Assembly (NCBI RefSeq): GCF_009914755.1
Contig: NC_060926.1
DNA length: 64,000 nt
Source: the human T2T-CHM13v2.0 reference genome, Homo sapiens
Strand: one strand, 5' to 3'
Below are positions 29,794 through 46,243 of the stretch, piece after piece. Position 1 is the stretch's first letter, and each line of letters opens with the position of its first letter. The notes under the pieces were generated by a model. The model had not been told where the DNA came from. It searched no databases and saw nothing but the letters and a program-made list of their open reading frames with translations. A program made the translations under genes and the position numbers.

Positions 29794-30752
29794 TCACCAC
29801 TCGTATACAGTTTTCAGTCACCCACAGAGAACTACTGGAGAATATCTCTTGATCATGTGAGACGGATAGGCCTCTGGCAAGAGCTGAGCTCTAAGATCTC
29901 ACATTGAGTATAATTTTTTTTTTTTTTTTTTTTTTTTGCCTCTGGGAAATTTGAGGGCTTTTATTATTGTAAAAAAAAAACTATCTTAGAGGAACATAAA
30001 TTATGTATTAAAGAGACTTTTGGAATTTCAACATAGAAATCACAAGTGGAATTTGGGTAGAATTGACCAGCTACTCCTCTATAATCATCTAAACCATCTT
30101 CCTTCAAATAGAAACAAACTGAAAAATGTAGTAATTTTCATGTGTAGAGGCAAAAAGGCACTTAGTACAGCTTGAAGACTCAAATTATTCTGGAAACAAC
30201 ACTGCGGTACTTGGCTTTAATTGGAACTCCATCTCTTAGAAACAGATTTTGAGTCAAGCCTCATGACAACTGCTGACTTCAGAAGGGCCGAAGATAGCAA
30301 GGCATGGAGGCAGAGCCCTTCTTATCCCTTCCTTTAGCCTTCCCCTGCCTGCTTCATCCCTGTTATTGTAACTTACATAGTGATCCCAGTCCAGGAAACA
30401 CTCCTGTGTTTGTTTAAGAAGAATGGAAGGAATCTCTGGAAGTCATTTATTCCAGTTCGTTTCACTAGCCAGGAATGAATGGATATTATTTACTATACAT
30501 TCACTTTTACTCATATTTAAATATTTAGATTCTTTTACTAAAATGTTGAGTTCTCTGATACAAGTAAGAGTCCAGAGAGAAAAACAGGCAACATTTTGGT
30601 AGTTATTAAAAGCACTGAGAATACTTAGGGCAGATCTGCAGTATTTTAAGCAAAAGAAGAGAGTCAAGAACTGCAGGGTAGCACAAGAGACCATGCCTGG
30701 TATGCAGATTTGGCTTTACCTAAGGAAGTCCCATTTAAGAATTTGAGAAGCA

Positions 30753-31667
<915 letters not shown>

Positions 31668-32767
31668 TCAGTACATGGCGAATGCTCAGTCACTATAGGT
31701 GTTCAAATAGAGCATGTACAGCCCTTGCAAAGGGTATCCTAGAAAAAATTCAGGAAACAGAAGCAAGTTGATCTCTAAGGGCCCTTGCAACCTTAAATTT
31801 CTGTGGGTACAGAGAGTGGCTCTCCATGATTTTGTGTCTCTAGATAGTTGTTTGTTGTGATAAATGCTTTACTTTTAAAATTGTAATTGTTATTCTCTTT
31901 AAATTCAAACTTTCCTTTGGAATTCCTTATCTTCCTAGACATTTAAATATGAAACTTATAAGTTATTTATAGATCAGTCTCTGTTTCTCTTTTTCTCATG
32001 CACGTCTCTCCCTCATCCTTGATCTGTTGATTTTTTAAATTAAAATAGTCTTTTATTTAGTTTTTATTTTTATGAAACTTTTACATACACACAGTTAAAA
32101 CAAAAGTGTCCCTCACCCTTCATTTCCTCTTCTCTACAGGCAACCACTGTAAGTTCCTTTCACTGTTCCATTTGGTATATATCATCATACATCTACATAG
32201 CAGGTTCATATTTCTAGGTATTGATTTTTTATATTTCGGCATGATTTATTGAATTCTCACTAGGAAAATAAGGATTTTATTCTCTTTCACCACTTTCCTT
32301 ACCTCCTTTCTCATCCTTTCTCCCATTGTGTTATAACTTAGGCTAAAGCATTACTCAGTCTTACAGTATTATGACTGTTTACAATTGAGGCACACAGTTT
32401 GCATTTTCCTTCATGATTTAAAATTTGTTTGGATTTCATAATTATGCTTTTTGTTTGTGTGTGTAGTTTCTTTGCTTCCTACAGACATACACATCATTAA
32501 TTCAAACCCAAACTCTTCTACATTTTTCCAAGTCTCTTCTCAATTCTTTAGTTAGGTGTGTCAGATAATTTATTGACGTTATCTTCTTGAATAAATGCTC
32601 TCCTAGAACCTTTTGGCTTGTTCTGGCCTGCTGCAGTCTGGACTGGTTGCCTCTGTAGCTGGTGTACAGCTGACATCCTATCTTGGGATTTTCCTTTCCC
32701 TGTTGATTCTTAGGCCTACTTTGTAGAACCTTTTCCTGTATCCCATGTCTTCTTTCTTGGTTGACTC

Positions 32768-33385
32768 TGTAAACCAAAAATAAAATTTGAAGGCCCCCCC
32801 AACCATCTGAATGGACTTCCTCCACTAGGCCAGGGCCCTCCAAATTTAACCTGAAAGACTGGTTCAAGCCATGACAAGAAGGTGGGGTGGTGGCGGGGGG
32901 TGGGGGGGTTGGACACACCTCATTATGCCCTCCTACCTCTTGGAATTCAGCAAAAGCCCACCAGCTTTTAGCAGCAACGCAGACCTTAAATCTGATAAGA
33001 AACATTTACAATCTATTCTCGCTGAAGCCTGCTACCTGGAAGCTTCATGTGCATGATAAAACTTTTATGCAACCAAGACATTCCTTTCTATTGATAGTAA
33101 ATCAACCAATTGTCAATCAGAACATTTAAAAATCTACCTATAGCCTGGAAGTCCTTGCCCCTCTTCAAGTTGTCCCACCTTTCTGGACCAAACCAATGTA
33201 TATCTTAAATGTATTTGATTGATGTCTCATGTCTTCCTAAAATGTAGAAAAGCAAGCTTCACCCTTACCATTTTGGGAAAATGTTCTCAGGGTCTCCTGA
33301 GGGCTGTGTCACAGGCCGTGGTCACTCATATTTAACTCAGAGTAAACCTCTTCCGATATTTTACTGAGTTTGACTCTTTATAACA
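32768..33385 (+). mobile_element. MER4 (MER4B-like) ERV1 solo LTR within old L1ME sequence
   Basis: TGTAAACCAAAAATAAAATTTGAAGGCCCCCCCAACCATCTGAATGGAC ... TTTACTGAGTTTGACTCTTTATAACA. Confidence 0.8.
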
Positions 33386-33705
33386 CTTTCATTTTTGGTA
33401 GAGTCACAAGATTCCACTGAAAGATTCTTTGAGGCAAATTTTTTGAGCCTTTCAGAAGAGAATGTTTTTCTTCTACCCTCATACTTGATTGATAACTTTT
33501 GACTGAAGGTAGAATTCTAGAATAGTTTTCCCCTAGATTTTTAAATGCCTTATTTTCTGCTTTTTACGGTTAATGTTAAAAAACTAAGTCATTCTGGCTC
33601 CCAAAACTTTGTATGTAAACTGTGTTTTTCTCTCCTCTACCGCCTTGGAAACCTGTAAGATTTTCTCTTCTCTCTGAATATCCTGAAATTGCACAGTGAC
33701 ATCTA

Positions 33706-34913
33706 TGTTGATGAAAAATGTCAAACTCTGTAAAATATTTGAAGAGATTTATTCTGACCCAAATATGAGTGACCATGGCCTGTGACACAGCCCTCAGGAG
33801 GTCCTGAGGACATGTGCCCAAGGTGGTTGGGGTATAGCTTGGTTTTATGTATTTTAGGAAGGCATGAGACATCAATCAAATACATTTAAGAAACACATTG
33901 GTTCGTTTTTGATGTTCGTGACCTTCGGATTGAAGACTGGATAAAGAAAATGTGGCACATATACACCATGGAATACTATGCAGCCATAAAAAAGGATGAG
34001 TTCTTGTCCTTTGCAGGGACATGGATGAAGCTGGAGACCATCCTCCTCAGCAAACTAACACAATAACAGAAAACCAAACACTGCATGTTCTCACTCATAA
34101 GTGGGAGTTGAATAATGAGAACACATGGACACAGGGTGGGGGCATCACACAATGGGGCCTGTTGCGGGGGTGGGATCCTGGGGGAGGGGTAGCATTAGGA
34201 GAAATACCTAATGTAGATGACAGGTTGATAGGTGCAGCAAACCACCACGGCATGTGTATACCTATGTAACAAACCTGCATGTTCTGTACATGTACCCCAG
34301 AACTTAAAGTACAATTAAAAAAAAAAAAGAAAAAAGAAATACATTGGTTTGGTTTAGAAAGGTGGGACAACTCAAAGCAGGGCAGGTTGGGGGGGCTTCC
34401 AGGCTATAGGTAAATTTAAACATTTCCTGGTTGACAATTGGTTGATGTTGTCTGAAGACTTGGGATCAATGGGAATGTTCAGGTTAAAGAAAAAGAATTG
34501 TGGAGACTAAGTTTTATTGTGCAGAGGAAACTCTTAGGTAGCCGACTTTAGAGAGAGCAGGTTGTAAATTGTTTGCTATCGGACTTAACAGGGTTCTTAG
34601 TTGATTATCTCCTGGATCTGGGAAGGAAGGAAGGAAAAGAAAGGAGGAAGGGGATTCTCTATAGAATGTGGATTTTTCCCACAAGAGACTTTGCAGGGCA
34701 ATTTTAAGGTATGGCAAGGGAATGTATTTTGGGGTTAAATATTTTTTTCCTTGTCTTATAATGTTATGCCAGAGTCAGATTGAAAAGTATAAGTCACGAT
34801 ATATAAGGTCAAATAAAACCCATCTGATGAGAATTTATGGTTTGTAGAGCATGACTCCCTAGACCCTTTAGGTAGGAATTTGGGTAAGATAAAAAATCGG
34901 AGCTTAGTCCTCA
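33706..34913 (-). mobile_element. MER4D/E-like solo LTR interrupted by L1PA
   Basis: TGTTGATGAAAAATGTCAAACTCTGTAAAAT ... GGAGCTTAGTCCTCA; 4-bp TSD TCTA. Confidence 0.85.
33931..34335 (+). mobile_element. 5'-truncated L1PA7-like 3' end
   Basis: AGACTGGATAAAGAAAATGTGGCACAT..GTAGATGACAGGTTGATAGGTGCAGCAAACCACC..A-tail; TSD AAGAAA(C/T)ACATTGGTT. Confidence 0.9.
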
Positions 34914-35419
34914 TCTATTTTTATTATTTGTGCTGGCCACGTGAATTAAGCCTTTAAAGTCTAGAAAAACATGTCCTCTAGCTCTGGGCTATTTTCTTGA
35001 ATCATTCCTTTAATGGTTTCCTCCCCTCCATTCTCTATATTCTGCTGGAAACTCTACTATTTGGCTGGTGAATCTCCTGGGATGGCTCTCTGATGTTGCT
35101 GTTGTTCCTCTCCCGGTTTTCAGCTCTCTTTTTGGTCTCCTCTCTGGGAGACTTCTCCACTGTTATTTTCCAACGTGTCTACTGAGTTTTTCATTTCTAC
35201 CCTTGGATTTTTAATGCTTTATTTTGTCTCTTCTCTTTATTTTGTTTTAATAGCATTCTGTTTTTGTTTCATGGATATAATATCCCCTTCTATTTCTCTA
35301 AGTTTATCAACATTAGTTTTATTCCCCATGTTCTCTCAAGAGTTCATTCCCCCAACTTGCTTTTCTTAATCAGTTGATTAAATTTTGGTTTCTATCATTC
35401 AGCTTAGTTACTTTCCTCA

Positions 35420-35902
<483 letters not shown>

Positions 35903-36173
35903 TCATCTCCTGTCTAGAAAATTTATGTGTATTGCTAGAATTCTGGGATCCAAATTGGAGAAGGGAGCTGGAAATCTTAGCACTGGACATGTAAACCCTA
36001 ATTTCATACTCCCGCCTTCATTTTCCATAAATCACATTCTTTTCCTTATCTGTGCTACATACTCCTCAGTGTGGAGACCCTGTATTTTATTTTTTTAGAG
36101 AATAAAACTCTTGTTTGCAAGGAAGGAGGGGTTTTAGTGAACTATTTCTCAAACAACAGACTTCCAACCAGTC

Positions 36174-36782
<609 letters not shown>

Positions 36783-37399
36783 ACTCCTCTTATTTTTAAC
36801 TCTGTTTCTATAAGTACCTGGTGCTGCCAATTCCTCAGGTTTTGGGAGATTCTGTGTTATAAATTGGGTTGCTTCAATCCATCATCTTTATCCATGAATT
36901 CCATTCTTAGAAATCTCTTATCTATCAAGGACATGTCAGTATCTTTATTATTTTTCAAATGTATGACGTTAATAGCTTTTAAAAATAACTTTGTTCTCTG
37001 TGGTAATATTAGTTTATGGTTCTAATTGGCTTACACTCTTTATGAACAAGCATAGAATACTGCCCAAATTTCACTTTGCACGTGTCACTTCTTGCTCATA
37101 AAACGGTAATGAATCACTATGTAATTAAATACTATTTTTTATCCTGCATTCTAGGATCTTCGTGATGAATGTACATCTTTCTGGGCTAATATTCCATTAC
37201 TGTATACATTCAATTAAATAAGTATGGATTCTTCATGATTCCCTCTCCTGCTTTATGACTTCTTGTCTCTTTGTCATTGTTTCTCACAGTTCTTAGAGCG
37301 TGGAAGTTCCTCCCTACCCTTTTCTGACTATTGCAATGTTATTTCCCCCTCAGTGCTCATTTCCAGGGTGACCTCTTTCGTGAAATCTTTATTTCAGTA

Positions 37400-38255
37400 T
37401 TCCTTCATTCATATGGTCATCTTTTTGCTCATTCACTGTATATTTACGGAGCCCCTAGCATGTGCTAGGCAATGTGCTAGGCTACAGGGATACAAAATAA
37501 GCAACAAAGACATTGTCCCTGCCCTCATAGAGCTTACAGTGCAGTGGGAACAGGATGGAAGCGGGAGACAGATTTAAATAATGACACAATAAATACCTAG
37601 CTATGAGTTGTGATGAGCATTAAGAAGAACCGATTGTGTCTAAAAAGTGAACAAAGTCTTCCCTGCCTAAGTGACGTTTGGGCTACAATGTGAAGATAGG
37701 GAGGGGATGGAGCATTCTTGGTAAAGGGAAGAACAAGGGAAAATCTAGGAAGTGTGAAGGACTGAGGAATGTTCAGTGATCCGAAGGAAGACCAAAGTGA
37801 CAAGAGAGCAAAGCGATACGGTGGCAGATGATGGGACTGGAGAGTTAGGCAGGGTCTAGATCAAGCAAGGCCTTGTGGTCTAAATTAAGGAATTTTGCAC
37901 CTTACCATAAGGCTAATGTAAAGTTCCTGAAGTGGTTTGAGTGGGAAAAGCTATGACTAGATTTGTATTTTTACCACATCACTCCACCTGCAGTGTGCAG
38001 AGAACATTGGGTAGGCTCAGAATGGAAGCAGGGAGGCTATTTAGGAGGCAGTGCAATTCATGCCTATGGGAGATAATGGCAGCTTGAACTCAGGCTATGG
38101 CAATGGTGATGGAAAGAACGTGAAAAATATTTAGAAGGTAAAATTGACGGGACTTGATGGACTGGATCTGGTAAGGGAGAGGGAATAATGAGGGAAGATT
38201 CCTGAATTTCTGGATTGTTCAAAGGGGTGGATGTTGATTCACTGAAATGAGAACA
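37400..38255 (-). mobile_element. L2
   Basis: CATTCACTGTATATTTACGGAGCCCCTAGCATGTGCTAGGC..GTCCCTGCCCTCATAGAGCTTACAGT and contiguous L2 body. Confidence 0.8.
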
Positions 38256-38511
38256 TTGTCTCCTCTTTTAGGATATAAAAGAATAATGCAAGCCAAAATG
38301 TGCTGTTTTGCGTATGTTTTTTTCTGACTCTCCCCACTAAACTACAAGCATAGTGAAGGAGAGAATATGCTTCATCTCTGTATTTGCAGATCCTCCTATC
38401 CCCAAAGTGTCCAGTCCAGTGTTTATACCAGTGGAAGGAAGAGATAATGCTTGATTCTGATTTTGGAAACTGGAATGTGACTGAGAGTTGGACTTAAAAA
38501 AAAAAATAGGC

Positions 38512-38848
<337 letters not shown>

Positions 38849-40379
38849 TTACCTCCATCTTCTAATATTTTTTTCCAAGTTGTATGAAAAACAAATGAGA
38901 TGGCAAATATAAAAATATTTGTGAGAGAAAAAGGTCTCTCAAAAGGGATTTATGTCATTATAATCATTATACTTATGTTTTCTTTGGCCCTCACTTTAAG
39001 TTCCATATATTTCTCTTATTTGTAAAAAGGAGAACAAGGTAAGACATATTAACAAAGGATCTAATCAGTGCCAGATATAATGAGATAGATTTGTTTTTGC
39101 TATGCACACCACTCCATGGGATGTCTGCTGGACCACTTCCAGCTATTATCCTATATGTGTTTGCAGAAACTTCTTCCTTACTTAGTGTATTACGTAGTAT
39201 TTGTCCTCATTGAATCTTAATCAGTCTTTAAGTAAAAGCAATTACTTAATAAATGTTGAAATTAACTAGTTCTTGAAAGCATACAAAGGTTTTCGTTAGG
39301 AAAACCTTTGTAAACATCATTAAAACAAATGTCATAGGACATTTGGAAGACAAAACGTCTTTCTGGTTCATAGATTTCAAATACTGTAAGACCCATAAAA
39401 CAGTGCAGCTTATCACCTAGCCAGTGTAAAGTATTGTGAAATACCCAGTGGTGCTGTCTTTGATGGTTAAAAAGGGTTTTTATTTATCTTTTGGGGTAAA
39501 TTAACTATTTGGAAAATATCAATAATGAGGGACAGTCTTTTGCACTTTGATATTTTCTATTGCCTTATGTTACCACTGTACTATCAAGCAGAAAAATATT
39601 ATATCCCTATCTGAGTGATATATCTACATTAAAGTTCAATTTCACCTCTGAAGTGAATATGAATTGTATTTAATGAAACTCTAAGAGCAGTTGTACAGAG
39701 TGAAAAGGCCAAATAATTTGGAATCAAATTTGTCAAGTAACATTTTACAAAAGTGACATATTTTCTTTTTTCATTCTTCATCATGCTCACAATTCAAAAC
39801 TGAGTCCAAATGTCACATCACCTGTTTTGATTCGTCTCTTCTCTGCCTGACAGAATTAGGCTTTTTCCTCTGGGCTGAAACAGCCCCTTTTCCTTTCCTC
39901 TGAAATAAAACTTGCAGCATGATATTGTAAATTTTGGGTTTCCTGAAGGGAAATGATTTTCTATTACTCATCTTTGAACCCCCTATGCCCATCAGAGTTC
40001 TTGGCCCACAGCAAGAGCTCAACATGTTTGTTGAATGAATAATGTAAATTCCCCCAAAGCACATGAACTCATTTCATGCTAAAAAATTTCATGTTCAAAT
40101 GTGTATTAGCTAGTTTCTGTAACAAATAAACTCCAAAATTTCAGAGGCTTGACCAAATGGAATTTTATTTTTTATTCATATAACAGCAGTGTGGTTGTTC
40201 TTGGTCAGCAGGAGGGTAGCTTTCAAGGACTCATACTCCTTTCTTTTATCTCTGCCTTTCTCTAGGGCCTCAGTCAGAGTCTTAAATTTGTGTTGATTTA
40301 CATCTTTGTAATATATAGAAATCCCTGGATATATTCTTATATAATGCAATGCATACTGCCTTAGGCAAGCCACTTACCT

Positions 40380-41480
40380 CTCATTAGTTCATATACTTAA
40401 TATTTGAGAGTCTACGATATATAAGACAATTCTTTAGGCTCTTAGGATATAACAGCTAATGAAACAAAGATCTCTGCCCTTGTGGAACTTACATTTTATC
40501 GGAGGTAGACAATGAATAATGAGTTAAATAAATAAAATCATACACTATGTTAGATGGTGATAAGTGCTATGGAAAAATAAAAGGTGTGGCAAGGCAAAGG
40601 AGATTAGGAGTATGTAGATGGTTAGTTGAAAACGGGGTAGATTTACAGCATAGTGGAAATCAACAGTTCTGTTTTGGCCACTCACTTTACAGAAGGGCTG
40701 TGAAGGAGGCAGGAGGTTTGAGGAATCTGGAGTTTGTGGGAGAGGAGTAATCCTGACATAGAAACTTGAGAGTCATCAGTGTGTGAATGCGATTTGCACC
40801 CAAGAAGTGCATGGGACCTCTGAGGGAGTAAGGTTAGATTGAAAGGAGGTGAGACCTGAGGACTGAGCCCTGGGGACATCCCAGCATTCATAGATTTGTA
40901 GAGAAGGCAGAGCCAGCCTGAGACCGAAGAGTGCCAAACCAGGGGAAGGTTTGGGTGTCGGAACTTGATGTAGAAAGTGTTTCAAGGAGAGTGTAGACAA
41001 GCACATCAAATGCGGCCAAGAGGATGAGGAAGATGAGGACTGAGAACTGTCACTGGCTTTGGAAGAAAGGAGATAATTGCTGATCTTGGTAAGAGGCATT
41101 TCCATGGAGCGGAGGAGTAGAAAGCCTGATTAAAGTCGTTGGAGAGGGAATGAGGAAGTGTGGGTGGTAAATACATAGCACTTTTCCAAGGAGTTTTTCT
41201 GTGAAAGGGGGCAAAGAAGTGAGGTGGTAGCAGGGTATCACGCGTGTGTGTGTGTGTCTACCTATGGACAAAGGAGGTTGTTTTGCTTTCTTTTCCTCTT
41301 CTTTTAAAAAAAACAAACATGGGTATGTTATTATGACATGTGTGCCACCAAAGGGAATGACCCAGTAGAGAGGAGGCATTGTTGAGGTATGAGAGATAGG
41401 AGAATTTAAGAAGTGAAGCCTTGAGATGGCCACAGAGGATGCGATTCATAGCTCAAGTGGAGGGTCTTTCTTGAGGGAAG
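40380..41480 (-). mobile_element. L2a
   Basis: TCTCTGCCCTTGTGGAACTTACATT..GATGGTGATAAGTGCTATGGAAAA..GAGGACTGAGCCCTGGGGACATCCCAGCATT. Confidence 0.8.
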
Positions 41481-41779
41481 TGACACAGAGGGCAGCATGG
41501 CTAATAGAGAGCTTGGGCTCTGGATGAGGCAGCATCCCCTCTTTTATCCTATTGGACAATTCTCTAGTTTCAAATACATTCTTGATATGGATGCTTACCT
41601 GGATTTGAAGGATCTTATAAGGCTGAAATTCACAACATGTTCTCAATTTGGTGGTGGAAGAGATAGTGAGAAGCTGTAACTTATGCAATGGTCGCCTGGC
41701 TGACTCTTCCTATCATTTTACTCTCAGTTTATCACTTCCTTGAGATACCACCCTCATCTAAATTATGTTCTGCTGTTTG

Positions 41780-42020
41780 CTAATACAGAACACGTACTTC
41801 TCCCGTTATGGCACCTACCACATTTTATTTTAGTTTTTTGATAAGTTTTCTTGTTCTTTCGCTTAACTAAAAGCTCCATGAGGAAAGCAACCATATTTCT
41901 CTTTCTCTCTATTGTAACTCCAATAACTGCACAGCCCAGCGTCAAAGAAGAATTGAATACAGATATGCCTACCAGGCAGTGGGAATGTAATACATATATT
42001 TGTTGAAAGAATAAATAAAT
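41780..42020 (+). mobile_element. L2 3' fragment
   Basis: AAGCTCCATGAGGAAAGCAACCAT..ATATTTGTTGAAAGAATAAATAAATG. Confidence 0.55.
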
Positions 42021-44136
42021 GAGATTGTGTATGAGAGAGTGTTCAGATTTAAACTAACTACCTTTTAGATTTTTTTAGCAAGATCTCAGGAAATCCTTTT
42101 CTAATTCAATGAGAGGTAGGGATTTATGTGGAGAAGAGTCTTTAATGATATCCACCCAGACATCCATTTTTTTCCCTTGCATTGTCACAAAACATCTGAA
42201 TTAGATTATGGCTGAAAAAATATAATTGCGTTACATTCATGTGATTTAGTGACACAAATTATTTGTTAATAAAGTTTCTTACACATATGTAATAGATACC
42301 AATTTTTTTCCTGACATTCAGGGAATAATTTTATCTTTCTTGAGAAGGATTTTATGAGAAATGGTATTAGCTCCCACATGTGCAAACCAGTGAAAAATCC
42401 AATATTAATCATTTTTAAAGTTGTCCAACGTTGTTTTGTACAGTCATGCTGTAGGCTTGTGTCATCCTTATAAAATGGTCCTGCAGCCTCTCAGTTCTTG
42501 AGTGGGGCAAATCCCTGGTCTCATCCAGGGTTGCAATTATGGCTGTTATTCTTATGGTCACATGATGCTGTGGCTCAGATGCTGGGTCCATTTGTGGTCC
42601 CATTTATGGGCCCAACATTGCTATTCCACATCTCCAGATCCAGGTCCTTGCTCATGTTCTGCAGAAACTCCACATGAGAGCATCTTGGGTAGGTCCCCAG
42701 ACTGGGCTCCTGATGTCCTGCCCTGTACCCTTTAAGTGCCTGACACCTTTAAGACCCTGCCCCTGAGCTGCTGCAGAATCTGCAAACCTTGTCCTTATTC
42801 ACAATTCTGCATTATCTAGTGGAGCAAAGCCTAATTCTCCCCTTCCAATGTCCCCAATACAGAAAAATTCATCCTGCTTCTTCTTTCAAAACTAGGGCTT
42901 CAGGAAGCACTAGATAACCCAGAGCACCTAGCCTCAGACCCACCGCAAATGAACCTGTGTTTTTGGGAGTGAAAAGGACCTGACTTCAGGAACACAGAGG
43001 CTTGATTCCTTCCTTTCAGATGGATCTACAGCAACTGGGAACAAAAAAAGCAGAAATTAATTTCCCAGTTGGCATCCTGCTATATAATATTTTCAATAAG
43101 TCACGTCGTAAACACTCAATACACGTTTGCTGAATGCACTGGTTTCTAACACTATACAAGAAACCCCTTTAATATACAGATAACATTTTTAATTCGCACT
43201 TTGCATAAATGGTTGGGCTAGAAGCCTTAAAAATTTGTGGTCTGGAAAGTAAACTTAAACATTACCTTTAACTTCACTGTTTTTAATATTCTTAATTTGT
43301 CTGAAACATTTTCCACACAAAACTGACCTATTTCTATGTGGCTGACTGAAGATAGTAAGCTCATGTAGGATTTAGCTCTTGATATCTTATTTTCTCTAGC
43401 TTACAAACAGAAATATTTATTTTAGTTGCCTGAAACATATACTCACGGTCAGATCTGGGGGTATGTAACCATTGTGTTTATAGGCAAAGAATGATCAAGT
43501 ATCTGCATCTCTCTGTTCCTCTCCGGGATTTACTGTCAAAAGCCATGCTTGCCCGGTCACAGTATCGCCTGGTCAGTCTAGCTTCTGTGGAAGTCTGTTA
43601 TTTTCCTTGATTTCTTGGGTTAGAATGAGTGACCAGAAACACATTCTGTCTCCCAGGATACAAGCCTATTGAGGTTGCTGGAAAATGAGCACAATTTGGA
43701 TCAGCTCATTAACTGCAATGGTTTTCAGAGCATCACACAGAGCATGTAACCCTATGTGGTCAAAGACATTGCCCATTAGCCAGCATCTGGACAATCACCT
43801 TTCCATGTGGTTTCTCTGAAAGATTTCACACTCTCTATAACTGAAGCAAGGAAAATAGAACACCTTTAATGAGCAATTACAATTAACACACTGACTCACT
43901 GAAAAGTCAAAATTGTGGTATGTTAGGTATTAGTATATATATTTGTAATCATGTTTGATTTTGATTGTCTTACAGCTAGCACTTTTTTAAGAAGACTTTT
44001 TGAGTATTTTCTGAAAGAAATGATAGTTCTGATTCAATATAGGTTCAAAGAAGACTACAGAGATATATGTGGCCCTGCCCATGACATTCTAGGTGGCCTC
44101 AGGCAAGCCATTTTACAGGTAATGAGGGGCTGGGCT

Positions 44137-44322
44137 AAATCAGTGCTTCCCCATGATGACTGAAAAATTAAAAATCCCCTTGGGAGCTTTTAAAAGTACC
44201 AATTTTCAGGTACTGCCCCAGATTGATTAAATCAGACATTGTGGGGTGGGAGCTGGCAGTTGTATTATTTAATAGCTTCTCCAAATGATTTTACTGTGCA
44301 GCCAGGATTGAGACCATTAGAC
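44137..44322. mobile_element. MER5A hAT MITE
   Basis: CAGTGCTTCCCCA..GGGAGCTTTTAAAAGTACC..TTAAATCAGAC..GTGCAGCCAGGATTGAGACCATT. Confidence 0.7.
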
Positions 44323-44894
44323 TGGATGATCTATACATGTTTTACCAGCTTTCACAGTCTATGAATTATTTCAATGTGTTTTCCCTGGAAGGAAGTTTCT
44401 ATTATACTGCAGTCTTTTTATTCAAATTTTTGGTGGCATTTCCCTTATTTTTCAATGTAAACATTGTTTAGATAATTTGAAGAAATAAACATCACAATTT
44501 TGTATTTGAGGTTTCTAACAACATAGAGCTGGAGAGGAGGGCAGTTTTGGTGTTAGCTAGGCTGTGAGTCTATATGCAAGTGAGGGGTGGTCTCCAATGC
44601 CTGTCAGTTACTTGACCAGTGTGTCTGTGATCCAAGGGCCTGGCTGACTCCCTCAAGGGTAGTCCTGCCTTTAGCACTAAGGTTAGGACCCAGAATCATC
44701 TGAGCACTGCTGAATAGAAGTCCTTTAACTTGACATGTAAGAATCATTGCACAGAACTCCAAGTGTGAAGGATGCTAGGTGGTGTTCATGTGCAGCTGGG
44801 TTGAGAAACATTGACCACACTGATACAATCTAATTCCTTATAAAATGTAAAACATAATTGGCACCTTGTAATTTAATTACCATATGCATAGCAT

Positions 44895-45075
44895 AAGACT
44901 AGCTGTGTAGTTTAGGCTAAATATGTTCTGTGTGCCAGAATTTTGATCTGTAACATGGAGCTAATAATAGTACCTTTTAATTGGATTATAATGAAGCTTG
45001 GTTGAGATGATTGAGGAAATGAGCTTAATTTAGTGCCTGGAACATGGTAATCACTCAAAAATGTTACCTATTATT
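44895..45075 (+). mobile_element. MIR
   Basis: ATCTGTAACATGGAGCTAATAATAGTACC..AGTGCCTGGAACATGGTAATCACTCAAAAATGTTACCTATTATT. Confidence 0.75.
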
Positions 45076-45244
45076 ACTAAAACTATGGCTATCACTATTG
45101 TTATATTATTATTTTTTCCTGCTTTTACCTTTATATTGATATTAAAAAAAATTATGGGTGTGGGTGTGGGGGAAGGGGCAAGCCTTCTTTTCTATGATTA
45201 ACAGCAGGAGCTGATGGGAACCAAAAGTTCCAGGGAATTAAAAA

Positions 45245-45285
<41 letters not shown>
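45245..45285. repeat. (AT)n(AC)n microsatellite in the retrocopy 3'UTR
   Basis: About 5 AT units followed by about 15 AC units. Confidence 0.95.
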
Positions 45286-45286
<1 letters not shown>

Positions 45287-45450
45287 TTATATATATTGCA
45301 CTATGCACGTGAGTCCCAGAGAAGCAGGAAGCAGCAGCAAGAAGCAACTAGCACACAGCAACACCCGGGCATGTGCACCACACACTCAAGCAAAGCCATT
45401 CCTCCGGCTAGGGCAGCAGCAATCCTCACCTTCCCATCAGCTCACAATAG

Positions 45451-46111
<661 letters not shown>

Positions 46112-46229
46112 TAGTAATTTCTGCCCTCATGACCAGGAAAAAGAAAAGAAAGAAAAAAAACCCAAGCTGGTACTGCCTTGAAGGGCGGAAGTGGCCATTT
46201 TCTCCTCTCTGCCAGAGCAGGACATGTTG

Positions 46230-46243
46230 TTTATTTATTTATT
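46230..46243 (-). terminator. Candidate polyadenylation signal (overlapping AATAAA x3)
   Basis: + strand TTTATTTATTTATT; U-rich tract downstream on the minus strand (~46138-46160). Confidence 0.4.
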
